This document shows, in pieces, positions 9,900-20,167 of a stretch of 64,000 nucleotides of DNA. The notes below the pieces were generated by a model. It was not told where the DNA came from and did not search any database. It was given only the letters and a program-made list of their open reading frames with translations. Position 1 is the first letter of the stretch; each line of letters begins with the position of its first letter. The position numbers were made by a program, and so were the translations under genes. This stretch comes from Patescibacteria group bacterium (GTDB lineage: Bacteria; Patescibacteriota; Patescibacteriia; Magasanikbacterales; UBA922), in the NCBI GenBank assembly GCA_018823045.1, contig JAHJIX010000013.1:21125-85124 (forward strand), in the 5' to 3' direction.

Positions 9900-11642
9900 C
9901 TATTTTACTACATTTTCTTCATTCTGTACATTGTTCGCATAGGTAAAAATAGCATAACGCTCTGAACGATATATTTCAATAAAATATGAAGATTCAAATA
10001 ATTCTTTAGAAAACCAAATAGTATCCCCTCTCAGTGTCCCAGGGAAATCATCTAAATCAAAAATCAGTGGATAGCCTGCATCTTCTTTAGCATATAATAC
10101 GAAATAATCAATATCTTTGGTTTTATCATATGAATAGAGCATGTCAAAGGCTTTATCAATATTTTTCTCTTCTGCAATACTATTTAACATATAATATGTT
10201 TCAGAAAATTGCGCTGCTGGATGTGAATTATGTTGATTAAAATACAACACATCATCATAAGTTAAAAAGGCATGTAATTCAGGAAGTCCACTTACCATCA
10301 TTTTTGGAGTAGCAGTCACTGTATCGCCAAAAAAATCAAGCAACTCAACAATATCTGCTTTATTGTGTATTGATCTTTCATATATACCCAATACATTTTC
10401 ATCATCAGCAAAAGTCCCAAATATACTTGTTGGTACAAATAAAAGTAATGCACATAACCCAACATTTTTTTGTGTTATATGTTTCCACTTCTTTTTTTCT
10501 AATAATAAATACCACTGTGCAAGTGCATATGCTGCAGCTAATGCAAGAATCGGTGTATTAAAAAAGAGGAATCCTTTTGCTTCTTGCATAGGAGAGGCAA
10601 AAAATAATACCATTACCATCCCCATAATTTGCCACAAATTACCAGCCACAAACAATGATAAAAGAATACGGATATACATAACTTTTCTATATATAATCAA
10701 AGAAAGTAAACCAACGAAAGCCACCAGCCCACTTAAGCTCAAAGAAAATAACGGTATTGAAGTTGCAATACCTTCGATGGTAAATAATCCTAACTGCCAA
10801 TTTTCAGAACCATAGAGATAATATGATTGTATCAGTGGAAGTAAAAAAATAGAACCAATCGCCAAGACAATACTCCCGACAAATGCAAACAACGCATAAT
10901 CTTTTAGACGAGTCTTTTTATTATTAAACAGATGAAAAATAGCAACACCCAGAGCAGCAAGCGCAAACCAAAAATAAAAGAGAAGAAACAGAACTCCTCC
11001 ACTACAACCGTAGACAAGCACTCGTTTCCAATTCATGCGTGCATAATATATATCTCGAGCTAAAAAGACACTCCACAAAATAACCCCAACCCCACTCACT
11101 AATTCATATGGTTTATTTATATTTGAGGCCCAAGGAATAAGCATGAACACAAGAAGTACTCCCAACATCCAGGCAACGGGAGCTACTTTTTTTTTCTCAT
11201 CTTTCCAATACCAGGCTTGTACGGCATACATCATAATAGGGAAAAATGCAAAAGTAACTGCTGTCCCTACTTTTGCCATTTGTACCCCATTTAAATGCAT
11301 AAACCGTCCAAAGATCGCAATGATTTGAAAAAATAATGCAGGATAAAATGCAGGTAAATAACTATAGGCAAAATCAGAAAACATTCCTTTATATGCAAAG
11401 CCTTGATACATTGCAGCAATAGTAATTTCATCTCCCTTTAAGCCCCAAAAAGATAATTGAGTCCCATGCACTAAGGCAGCATAACCCAATGCAGTCAGTC
11501 CACCAAACACAATAAGAAATATAGATGGACGCATTTTTTTATATATTGCAATAATTCCAAATACAAGTAAAACAAAAAACAGCAATTTAATAATAATTAA
11601 TTGCTGTATTTGTGGATATGACAGTAGTATATCCATATACAA
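9900..11642 (-). CDS. large polytopic membrane protein with C-terminal soluble domain; possibly GT-C-like glycosyltransferase (uncertain)
   Basis: 580 aa, roughly 12-13 predicted TM helices, no recognisable motif. Confidence 0.35.
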   Translation of the reverse strand: MYMDILLSYPQIQQLIIIKLLFFVLLVFGIIAIYKKMRPSIFLIVFGGLTALGYAALVHGTQLSFWGLKGDEITIAAMYQGFAYKGMFSDFAYSYLPAFYPALFFQIIAIFGRFMHLNGVQMAKVGTAVTFAFFPIMMYAVQAWYWKDEKKKVAPVAWMLGVLLVFMLIPWASNINKPYELVSGVGVILWSVFLARDIYYARMNWKRVLVYGCSGGVLFLLFYFWFALAALGVAIFHLFNNKKTRLKDYALFAFVGSIVLAIGSIFLLPLIQSYYLYGSENWQLGLFTIEGIATSIPLFSLSLSGLVAFVGLLSLIIYRKVMYIRILLSLFVAGNLWQIMGMVMVLFFASPMQEAKGFLFFNTPILALAAAYALAQWYLLLEKKKWKHITQKNVGLCALLLFVPTSIFGTFADDENVLGIYERSIHNKADIVELLDFFGDTVTATPKMMVSGLPELHAFLTYDDVLYFNQHNSHPAAQFSETYYMLNSIAEEKNIDKAFDMLYSYDKTKDIDYFVLYAKEDAGYPLIFDLDDFPGTLRGDTIWFSKELFESSYFIEIYRSERYAIFTYANNVQNEENVVK

Positions 11643-11645
11643 ATA

Positions 11646-13409
11646 TTATTCTTTTATATCAATTGCAATAGACAATTCTTGCAATTGTTCATGTGGCATA
11701 ACTGAAGGAGCTCCCAACATAAGATCTTTTGCTTTTTGATCTTTCGGAAAAGCAATTACTTCTCGAATATTAGGCTCACCAGCAAACAGCATAACTAAAC
11801 GATCAATTCCCCAAGCAATACCACCATGTGGCGGAGCACCATATTCAAATGCTTCGAGCATATGCCCAAAACGTGCTTGTGCTTGTTCATCAGAAATTCC
11901 TAACACATCAAACACACGTTTTTGCATACCCTTATCGTGAATACGAATAGATCCCCCACCAATTTCATTTCCATTTAGAACCATGTCATATGCTTTTGCG
12001 AGTGCCTTTTCAGGACTGGTTTCCATGTCTTCGATATTTTTTGGTGATGTAAATGGATGATGTTTTGCTTGAAAACCCATTGTCTCATCATGCTCAAACA
12101 TTGGGAAATCAGTTACCCAACATAATGCAAAGACACTGTCATCTCGAAGTCCTAATTGATCAGCAACTGCTAAACGAACATGCCCTAACGCATCACAAGC
12201 AATATCCCAAGTGTCAGCAGCAAATAACACAATGTCGCCTACTTCTGCTCCAGATTCTTTTATGATAACTTGTAATTCTTCTTCTGAAAAAAACTTTGCA
12301 ATTGGAGAACGTACACCTGCTTCTTCGACAAACAAATAAGCTAATCCTTTTGCTTTATAAATCTTTGCAACATCAGTTAATCTATCAATATCTTTACGAG
12401 AAAATTGTGCCCCACCTTTTACGCAAAGTGCTTTTACCACTCCACCTTGCTCAACTGCACTTTTAAATACAGAAAACTCAGAATCTTTTACTTTTTCACT
12501 TATATCTACCAATGGTAAATCAAAACGAATATCTGGTTTATCACTCCCATACGTATTCATTGCATAAGCATAGGTCATTTGAGGAAATGGCACTTCTTTT
12601 ACTTTTTTCTCTGGTGCAAATGTTTTAATCAAATCAAGCATGAGTGATTCATTTAACTGCATCACATCACTTTCTTCAACAAAAGACATTTCCATATCAA
12701 GCTGCGTAAATTCAGGTTGACGATCTCCGCGTTGATCTTCATCACGAAAACAACGAGCAATTTGGAAATATTTATCTAAACCAGCGACCATCAACAACTG
12801 CTTCATTTGTTGTGGAGATTGTGGCAACACATAAAAATTTCCTGGATACAAACGAGATGGTACCAAATACTCTCGACTTCCTTCGGGTGTTCCTTTTACT
12901 AAAATTGGTGTTTCAATCTCAAGAAAATCAGCCTTCTCCATAAAATCACGGATGGCTTTTACCATTTTTGTGCGAAGAATAATATTATTTTTCAACCGTT
13001 CACGACGAAGTTCTAAATACCGATATTTTAACCGTAATTCCTCATCTTCTTCTCCCTTATCTGTTTCAAATATTTCAAATGGCATTGGTTTTGACGTATT
13101 CAACACTTTTACGGTACTTGCATGAATTTCAATCTCTCCTGTTTTTAAGTCATTGTTCACCGCCTCAATATCTCGATCAACGACAATTCCTTCTACTTGA
13201 ATTACATACTCATACTTGAGTGTATCAACCACAGCAAAATCAGCCCCTGTTTCCTTATTGAATACAACTTGTACTCGCCCATATCTATCACGTAAATCAA
13301 CAAATACTAATTCACCAAAGTTTCTTCTTTTGTGTACCCAACCAGAAAGAGTCACGCTCTCGCCGACTTGTGGTTTACGCAGTTCCCCGCATGTATGAGT
13401 TCTCAACAT
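11646..13409 (-). CDS. aspS: aspartyl-tRNA synthetase (bacterial type with GAD insertion)
   Basis: 587 aa; N-terminal OB fold; class II motifs FRDE and GGGSIR; canonical AspRS start. Confidence 0.95.
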   Translation of the reverse strand: MLRTHTCGELRKPQVGESVTLSGWVHKRRNFGELVFVDLRDRYGRVQVVFNKETGADFAVVDTLKYEYVIQVEGIVVDRDIEAVNNDLKTGEIEIHASTVKVLNTSKPMPFEIFETDKGEEDEELRLKYRYLELRRERLKNNIILRTKMVKAIRDFMEKADFLEIETPILVKGTPEGSREYLVPSRLYPGNFYVLPQSPQQMKQLLMVAGLDKYFQIARCFRDEDQRGDRQPEFTQLDMEMSFVEESDVMQLNESLMLDLIKTFAPEKKVKEVPFPQMTYAYAMNTYGSDKPDIRFDLPLVDISEKVKDSEFSVFKSAVEQGGVVKALCVKGGAQFSRKDIDRLTDVAKIYKAKGLAYLFVEEAGVRSPIAKFFSEEELQVIIKESGAEVGDIVLFAADTWDIACDALGHVRLAVADQLGLRDDSVFALCWVTDFPMFEHDETMGFQAKHHPFTSPKNIEDMETSPEKALAKAYDMVLNGNEIGGGSIRIHDKGMQKRVFDVLGISDEQAQARFGHMLEAFEYGAPPHGGIAWGIDRLVMLFAGEPNIREVIAFPKDQKAKDLMLGAPSVMPHEQLQELSIAIDIKE

Positions 13410-13476
13410 ATATTTTTAGCTTAATGAACCCTTTTATACTAGCAATAAATGCCTTTTTTTGCAAGAGGAAATTACA

Positions 13477-13502
13477 AAAAGATGGAATGACCCATCTTTT
13501 TG
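13477..13502 (-). terminator. intrinsic terminator downstream of ORF 13524..14084
   Basis: agatgg-aatgac-ccatct hairpin plus T-run. Confidence 0.5.
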
Positions 13503-13523
13503 ATTATATAGTGTATTACAATA

Positions 13524-14084
13524 CTATTCCCCAACAATTTCAGGATACTTTTCTCTAAATGCATCAGTAAATGGACAATCATTCATACAGGTTGGCGCCC
13601 AATATACAGAGATATCTCCACGAGCAGCAAAAGTAAATCCTTCACGCACACCATCATGAAATATAGCAATTACTTGATATGCATCTCCTACGGCTGCTGG
13701 CACAGTAATATCTAAAGCAATAAGATCAACCATATCTTCATTATGGTAATCAATATATGGTTCTACTAATTTTTTTACTACTAACGCTTTTTCTTCGGCA
13801 CTCAATACTCCTGCACGAGCATAAGTGACTACTGGTAAATCAAGATCAGTACTTGACTTAACTTGCCCAACTTCGCCAAGAGCGATTGTACATAATTCAT
13901 CAGCTTCTTCTTTATCTTCAACAAGTGTATCAACTGTTTCCTCAAGCTCATTCATCGTCACTTTACAAGATGATTCTAACTCATTGATATGCATATCCCC
14001 CCAAAAATATACGCCACCACCAATGATAATGGTTGTAAAAAGTATACTCACTAATACAGCAATAAGTGTTTTTTTTTCTGGCAT
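13524..14084 (-). CDS. hypothetical membrane-anchored protein
   Basis: 186 aa, single N-terminal TM, no motif. Confidence 0.45.
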   Translation of the reverse strand: MPEKKTLIAVLVSILFTTIIIGGGVYFWGDMHINELESSCKVTMNELEETVDTLVEDKEEADELCTIALGEVGQVKSSTDLDLPVVTYARAGVLSAEEKALVVKKLVEPYIDYHNEDMVDLIALDITVPAAVGDAYQVIAIFHDGVREGFTFAARGDISVYWAPTCMNDCPFTDAFREKYPEIVGE

Positions 14085-14155
14085 AAAATATGTTAAATAT
14101 ATATAGTAAGGATATTACATATTCGATATTAAAGCAAGCTACATACTACATAATA

Positions 14156-15934
14156 CTATAACTCTTCTACCCAAATATCTTTCACACCATCACCATCTTC
14201 ATCATATGGTAACTCTTCTTCTTCTTTTTCACAAAGAGCATTACATCCATCACCATTTTCTTTATTCCCATCATCACACTCTTCATGAAGTTTTCTTTCG
14301 AGAATTCCATTTCCACAACTGCTCACCATTCCTCCACCGGAAGTTGACGCAGCAGTAACTACTTCGGGGATTTCTTCTTCTGTGACTTGAAGATCCTCAC
14401 GCACTTCTTCTGGAGATGGATTTGTTTTTTGTGTTAATTTCATTTTGACTCTTGCTGCTGGTATACCCGCAATTTTGTGATCAAATTCTTTCCATGTATT
14501 ATCATCTTCCTCCATATTAAATTCAAATACCTTTGCAGAGTGTTCGCCACCTTTTTCCCAACGCATCTGTTGAAGAAGCATAGAAAAAGTCATTTCTTGG
14601 CAAATCTTTACAATAGGAGCATAACTATTAAATGGACCCACACTTGCCATTTTTCCACCATCCAAACCAAAGTTTGGACAATCATTCAAAAAGTCACTAT
14701 ATTTATTGAGTGCGGGCATTTTTTTGAGAGTAAAGGGATCTTTGAAATAAAGCGGTGTGGCAAAAATTCTTTCATCTACTTTTGGAACTCCAAGAATATC
14801 GAAAGTAAGTGTTGTTTTGTCACCATCGTATTCACTCTTTCCCTCTAAGTAAAGACCCTCTATAATTCCATCTTTTGATAGATTTTGTATTTCGGCAAGA
14901 GGAAAAACATTTTCACGCCAAGCAAAATCATATTTGAGTTCACCACTTCCATAAATATTTCCTTCAATATTCCCTATGAAATTTGGGTCAACATCCTGAA
15001 CAGAATGATCTACCATAAGACGAAAATTTCCTCGGGTATTTACAGGGCGCGCAGTAAAATGTCCCAAAGTTTTATTTTCAGAAAGATCTTCTATTTCAAT
15101 TTCTCCATCGTACACCTGACAATTTCCAGCGGGATCAATATCAAATCCCCACTGAAATGCAATTTTCCAGCTATCCATGATGTTGCTTCTCTTCTCACAA
15201 GTTTGTTTATCAGTTTCTGGATCGTAGGTACAAATACTATTATAGTCTTCTGTTTTCACCTCAACACTTGTCACTTCCCATTTTCCTTGTGTTTTTGCTT
15301 TACAGCCCTTATGCACCGTGAACATCTCCCAATCAGCTCGGCCTGCCTTTGCTACATAAGTAACTTTACCAGAGAATTCTACGGCTCCTTCTGGTGGATT
15401 TTGAGAGATTCTCATGAGTTCCGCCTTTACTTCTTCTGGAATTTTTACTGTTCCATAACGCTCCTGACTGATACTATAATTAGAAAAATGTTTAAGTTCA
15501 GCTCCAATCATATTTCTGTCAGCGCTGAGACTCGATGCTACTTGGCGAAAAATAATTTCTCCATCCAAATCTAATACTTGCACAACCGTCAAATCTTTAT
15601 CCTTATGTTCTTCTGGAATCATAAAAGAAACATACACAGGATCATTGGCAAAATTCTTCACCCCATCAACCCTATCAAAGTTGTAAATTGGGAGAAGAGC
15701 TTCTTCATGAGTAAGCGTACTCTCATTTACTTCTATATCTGCAAATTCTTTACTTGTTTTGAGAAAAAAATCCTTTCCATTACTAATCAGTTTACCGCTG
15801 TCCGTTTCTTTTACACTTACTTCAATTTTTTCACCTTTGGTATTATCCATAGAAGAAGATTCATCCTTTGAAGAAAAAAGAGAACAACCACTAAAGATAA
15901 ATAAAAGAGCAAATAAAATAAATATTTTTTTCAT
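14156..15934 (-). CDS. lipoprotein with C-terminal Myxococcus-type cysteine-rich repeat
   Basis: Lipobox signal MKKIFILFALLFIFSGC; C-terminal CGNGxxExxxECDDGNxxxGDGCxxxC repeat. Confidence 0.65.
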   Translation of the reverse strand: MKKIFILFALLFIFSGCSLFSSKDESSSMDNTKGEKIEVSVKETDSGKLISNGKDFFLKTSKEFADIEVNESTLTHEEALLPIYNFDRVDGVKNFANDPVYVSFMIPEEHKDKDLTVVQVLDLDGEIIFRQVASSLSADRNMIGAELKHFSNYSISQERYGTVKIPEEVKAELMRISQNPPEGAVEFSGKVTYVAKAGRADWEMFTVHKGCKAKTQGKWEVTSVEVKTEDYNSICTYDPETDKQTCEKRSNIMDSWKIAFQWGFDIDPAGNCQVYDGEIEIEDLSENKTLGHFTARPVNTRGNFRLMVDHSVQDVDPNFIGNIEGNIYGSGELKYDFAWRENVFPLAEIQNLSKDGIIEGLYLEGKSEYDGDKTTLTFDILGVPKVDERIFATPLYFKDPFTLKKMPALNKYSDFLNDCPNFGLDGGKMASVGPFNSYAPIVKICQEMTFSMLLQQMRWEKGGEHSAKVFEFNMEEDDNTWKEFDHKIAGIPAARVKMKLTQKTNPSPEEVREDLQVTEEEIPEVVTAASTSGGGMVSSCGNGILERKLHEECDDGNKENGDGCNALCEKEEEELPYDEDGDGVKDIWVEEL

Positions 15935-15961
15935 AATTTATAAATTACATTATTAAATAAG

Positions 15962-15991
15962 AAAACCACTCAAATATATATGAGTGGTTTT
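15962..15991 (-). terminator. intrinsic terminator of lipoprotein gene 16008..16709
   Basis: aaaaccactca-atatatat-gagtggtttt. Confidence 0.6.
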
Positions 15992-16007
15992 ATCAAAATA
16001 ATACTAC

Positions 16008-16709
16008 TTAGTATTTGAAATTGTTATATTCAGCTCCTCCATTTTTTTGAGTTACTTCTAATACTTTTTTGTAATCAACAACAGTAATGTCTAAAGTACC
16101 ATCAGCTTCAACAGTAATAACCATTTGATATGGATTTCCGTCAGTCGTTTCACCACCATTCATAAGATCAAAATTGGTATACATTGCTCCTTTGTTTGCT
16201 TCTTCAAGTTCAGCTAAAGCTTCTGCTGGCATATATTGTTTCATTCCTTCAAGAGCTTCCATGCTTGCATCCATAAGTGTTGATTTTGGTACATTTGCAC
16301 CCTTAGCAATTCTTTCAGCTTCTTTCATTGCTTGTTCATAATCTCCTTTGTATTTGAGATTTATAGAATTAAATCCATCTCTTTTTTCTGTATATTCTTC
16401 TCCAAGAACAAGTTCCATTCCTTTTACATCATCAAAACCAACTTTTTTTGCCCAACTTGGCATTTTTTTGGCATCATGACCCGTAGCTTCTGCTGAATCC
16501 GCTTGCATGTCGTTCATCATTTTTTCTGCTTCCTCATCAGAAATTTCTCCATTCATGAGTTTTTCTTGTACATCAGACATTTGTTCCATTTGCTTTTCAG
16601 CTTGTTTCTCCATTTGTTCAAAAGCTTTTTCTTCTTTTGATTTACATCCAGTAGTCACAAAAGTGATACAAAGAATAAGAACAAGCAAGCCCAAATATGA
16701 TTTTTTCAT
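16008..16709 (-). CDS. hypothetical lipoprotein
   Basis: Lipobox LILCITFVTTGC; 233 aa, acidic. Confidence 0.55.
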   Translation of the reverse strand: MKKSYLGLLVLILCITFVTTGCKSKEEKAFEQMEKQAEKQMEQMSDVQEKLMNGEISDEEAEKMMNDMQADSAEATGHDAKKMPSWAKKVGFDDVKGMELVLGEEYTEKRDGFNSINLKYKGDYEQAMKEAERIAKGANVPKSTLMDASMEALEGMKQYMPAEALAELEEANKGAMYTNFDLMNGGETTDGNPYQMVITVEADGTLDITVVDYKKVLEVTQKNGGAEYNNFKY

Positions 16710-16780
16710 ATCAATAGATATTTAATAACTAATTACTGATTATACTATACAATTTTTCCAATATTTACAACTGTGTACAA

Positions 16781-17785
16781 CTATTTCTTTTTTCGTATTT
16801 TTGCCACAAAAAAACTTTCAATATCTTTTGTCGGCAAAATGCGCAATGTTTTTTCTACACCAGTAAGCGCTTTTTTGCCTTTCCATTCCATGACCGGTTT
16901 CATTTTCTTTAATCCAGGAATGACAATATCTATTACTTCAGCTTCATCCCCTACTCGCTCAAGTAATTTAGAAATACGCATTTCATTTTCTTCTGGAGCC
17001 ATAGTACATGTTGAATACACCAATGTTCCACCTGGTTTTAGTGCTGACCATGCAGCAAATAATAATTTTTGTTGACGGTACACGAGTGATTTAATTTTTT
17101 TCTCACTCCAATACCCATAGGTTTTTGGCACGCCTTCAATAAATCGGGCTTCTCCACTACACACAACATCAAGCAAAATTTTATCAAAATATTCAGGATA
17201 CTCACGACAAGTTGCTGAGCCATCTTCCATCTTCATACTAAAATCCCATCCTGGCGCCTCATCATGCGCAACACCCAAACTATTCATATTATGCTCTAAA
17301 CGTAAAAAACGCACATCATTTAATTCATTCGCCAATAGTTCCCCTTCTTTTTCCATCATGGCTGCAATTTGAGATGTTTTACTCCCAGGAGCGGCTGTTA
17401 AATCAAGCACAACATCACCTGGCTTTGGATCAAGCACAAGCGGAGGAACCATACTTGCTAAACTTTGAATATATACTTTTCCTTCTGTATAAATCTCTAA
17501 ATTGGTGAGATCCCGTTTTGACTTATTTTGTAAAATAAAGGCATCTTTATACCATGGCACATCAAGTGTTTTTATTCCAGCATCTTTTAATTCTTCACGT
17601 ATTTCTTCTCTTGTCGCTTTAATTCTATTCACACGAAATGTGGTCGGTTTATCTATAAATGTTTTTTTAATATCAGAAAACAGCGCAGGCCCTGCAATGG
17701 TCTCCATACGCTCTTCAAATTTTTCAGGGAGACTTGAGCTTAGTTTTTTTCCACGCTTCATTCCCTTTTTTTTCTTTTTTGCCAT
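16781..17785 (-). CDS. rRNA cytosine-C5 methyltransferase (NOL1/NOP2/Sun, RsmB/F family)
   Basis: SAM motif DLTAAPGSKT; catalytic Cys region VYSTCT. Confidence 0.8.
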   Translation of the reverse strand: MAKKKKKGMKRGKKLSSSLPEKFEERMETIAGPALFSDIKKTFIDKPTTFRVNRIKATREEIREELKDAGIKTLDVPWYKDAFILQNKSKRDLTNLEIYTEGKVYIQSLASMVPPLVLDPKPGDVVLDLTAAPGSKTSQIAAMMEKEGELLANELNDVRFLRLEHNMNSLGVAHDEAPGWDFSMKMEDGSATCREYPEYFDKILLDVVCSGEARFIEGVPKTYGYWSEKKIKSLVYRQQKLLFAAWSALKPGGTLVYSTCTMAPEENEMRISKLLERVGDEAEVIDIVIPGLKKMKPVMEWKGKKALTGVEKTLRILPTKDIESFFVAKIRKKK

Positions 17786-17915
17786 AGTATGATGAAATTA
17801 TTTTGGTGCAGGCAGTATAGCCTAAAATAACGAAAAATACAAGCATTCCACTAGACAAAACTATTACAACATGATATGTATATAATATCGTTCTTTCACA
17901 AACAACAGGAAATCC

Positions 17916-18317
17916 ATGAACAGAACCCTGACACAAATGGGAAGATTACAACAACTCGAAAAATTCTCACTGGCAGAACAGCGCTACATCAGGTTACTGG
18001 AAGAAGAGGGATTAATCCTTATTTACTCTATGATTCGAATTAAATTAATTCCCTTATGGCAATTTGACGATAACAAAAATATCTATCAAATTATTCCAGA
18101 AACACTCGAGTTATTAAAAAGAAGATTTCCCTTTCTCCCTGAAGAATGTCCCTCTGTTACCTATAACAAGATGGGATTATTTTTCTTTACACAACACTAT
18201 GACGGAGCGTTGGTTCATCAATTAATACGAACAGATATTGATAAAGTGATTCAAGCGAGAAATCATTTTATCCTTTCTGTTATTCAATATATCAACCGCC
18301 CCAAGGAGAACAAATAA
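17916..18317 (+). CDS. hypothetical protein
   Basis: 133-aa ORF with its own upstream AT-rich promoter region; no homology recognised. Confidence 0.4.
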   Translation: MNRTLTQMGRLQQLEKFSLAEQRYIRLLEEEGLILIYSMIRIKLIPLWQFDDNKNIYQIIPETLELLKRRFPFLPEECPSVTYNKMGLFFFTQHYDGALVHQLIRTDIDKVIQARNHFILSVIQYINRPKENK

Positions 18318-18344
18318 CCGTGAAAAAAAATATCACGTCAACAA

Positions 18345-18380
18345 CAAGCCCTCCATGTATTTGGAGGGCCTTTGCATTTT
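18345..18380. terminator. bidirectional terminator between ORF 17916..18317 and asnS
   Basis: gccctcca-tgtatt-tggagggc hairpin. Confidence 0.6.
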
Positions 18381-18391
18381 TATAGAAGTAA

Positions 18392-19690
18392 TTACGGTTT
18401 TAAACGATTCACCGTACGAGGAAATGGGATACACTCCCGAATATGCGCAACTCCTGACATCCAGCGCACCATACGCTCAAGTCCAATACCAAATCCTGAA
18501 TGTGGTACTGATCCATATTTTCGCAAATCGGTATACCAAGAATATTCTTTCTCATCAAGCCCATCTTCACGAATACGCTCTAACAATAAATCAAAATTAT
18601 CTTCACGCTGTGATCCACCAATAATTTCACCAGCGCCTTCAATACCAATTAAATCATCGTTTAACACATGCGCAGAATCTTCTGGATCAATTTTCATATA
18701 AAATGGCTTGATATTCTTTGGCCATTTTTCAATAAACACAGGAACATCTGAATCTTTTGTTAAAAGTCCTTCATCATCATTTCCTAAATCTTCACCAAAT
18801 TTGATGTCGCTCCCCAACTCATGCAATTTTTCAATCGCTTCTGTATAGGTATAACGAGTAAATGGCTTATCTACCACAGCTTGAAGTGGCGTAACATCTC
18901 GCTCTAATATTTCAAATTCTTTTGTACAATTCTTTAAACAAGACGCTACAATATGTTTTACTAATCCTTCTTGCAAGCCCACATTTTCATCATGCTCAAC
19001 AAAAGCTGCTTCTGCATCCATCATCCAAAATTCTGTTAGATGTCGTTTTGTGACACTTTTTTCTGCACGAAATACTGGCCCAAAATCATAACAACGCCCA
19101 ACTGAACCAATTGCTGCTTCAATATACAACTGCCCTGATTGAGATAAAAAGGCTTCTCCCAAATCAAAATATGGCACTGGGAATAAATCAGTCGTTCCTT
19201 CACAGGCATTTGGCGTAAAGATTGGAGAGTCTGTACGGATAAAATGCTCTTGGTGCAAATACTCGTTAATGGCAGTTTCTACTACATCGCGAATACGCAA
19301 AATTGCCCATTGCTTTTTACTACGCAACCACAAGTGACGATGCTCCATTAAAAAGTCTGGACCATGTTCTTTGTTGCCAATTGGGTACTCTTCTGCAATA
19401 TGGATAAGTTCTATACTCGTCACTTGTAATTCAAAGACTCCCTCTTTTTTAGGGTGTGCACTTATTGTACCCATAAGTGCAACTGAAGACTCTTGCGTTA
19501 CTTTATTTACCAGCTCCCAACTTGCCTCATCGACATCTGACTTCACAATCACGGCCTGCATAAAGCCACTGCCATCACGCAACTGAATAAAAGCAATTGA
19601 GCCACTTGAACGAATGTTTGCTACCCAACCCTTCATGGTAACGACTTGGTCAACATGTGCTGCGGCATCTGTAATAAATGTTTGTTTCAT
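18392..19690 (-). CDS. asnS: asparaginyl-tRNA synthetase
   Basis: 432 aa; class IIb; motif 2 FRAEKSVTKRHLTEFWMMDAE is AsnRS-specific. Confidence 0.9.
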   Translation of the reverse strand: MKQTFITDAAAHVDQVVTMKGWVANIRSSGSIAFIQLRDGSGFMQAVIVKSDVDEASWELVNKVTQESSVALMGTISAHPKKEGVFELQVTSIELIHIAEEYPIGNKEHGPDFLMEHRHLWLRSKKQWAILRIRDVVETAINEYLHQEHFIRTDSPIFTPNACEGTTDLFPVPYFDLGEAFLSQSGQLYIEAAIGSVGRCYDFGPVFRAEKSVTKRHLTEFWMMDAEAAFVEHDENVGLQEGLVKHIVASCLKNCTKEFEILERDVTPLQAVVDKPFTRYTYTEAIEKLHELGSDIKFGEDLGNDDEGLLTKDSDVPVFIEKWPKNIKPFYMKIDPEDSAHVLNDDLIGIEGAGEIIGGSQREDNFDLLLERIREDGLDEKEYSWYTDLRKYGSVPHSGFGIGLERMVRWMSGVAHIRECIPFPRTVNRLKP

Positions 19691-19827
19691 AATATGTATA
19701 ATTAAGTATATCTAGGTTATCATAGTATTCTCTATTTCTCAAGAGAGTTATTTTATTATCTGATGTTATTTATTCGACACTAATGAAGTGAACACTTGTT
19801 TACTCGGCGCAATGAAGTGGAGCCGAG

Positions 19828-19900
19828 CTCCTTGACCAGGACTTGAACCTGGAACCTACTGGTTAACAGCCAGTTGTTCTACCAATTGAACTATCAAGGA
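19828..19900 (-). tRNA. tRNA-Asn(GTT)
   Basis: Reverse complement TCCTTGATAGTTCAATTGGTAGAACAACTGGCTGTTAACCAGTAGGTTCCAGGTTCAAGTCCTGGTCAAGGAG. Anticodon loop CTGTTAA (anticodon GTT); T-loop TTCAAGT. Confidence 0.85.
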
Positions 19901-19998
19901 ATATTGTAATTACCATCTAGTGTCGAAATAGAACCAGTTATCCTCTCGTTCTATCTCCGCCCAATGCGGATCCGCCTTGGGCGGAAAGGAATACATAC

Positions 19999-20035
19999 AA
20001 AAAACCGCCTCGATTAGGCGGTTTGTATATTTTTT
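19999..20035. terminator. bidirectional intrinsic terminator (3' of ORF 20168..21769)
   Basis: ccgcctcgattaggcgg hairpin followed by a T-run. Confidence 0.7.
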
Positions 20036-20167
20036 GACTATACGAAACTACCCAATCTTTAAGAGACGGTTATTATTGCTATTATTTGTTCGTTGGTATT
20101 TCATATGTATTTACTATAGTATGTTTATTTTTATTTGTCAAATTTTTTTGTGGATGAACATTTTTTT

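Noticed and set aside
10363-10815. 150-aa and 63-aa plus-strand ORFs
   Set aside because: They are antisense to the 580-aa membrane-protein gene.
14885-15871. 229-aa and 97-aa plus-strand ORFs
   Set aside because: They are antisense to the lipoprotein gene 14156..15934. Phe/Ile-rich AT-codon artefacts.
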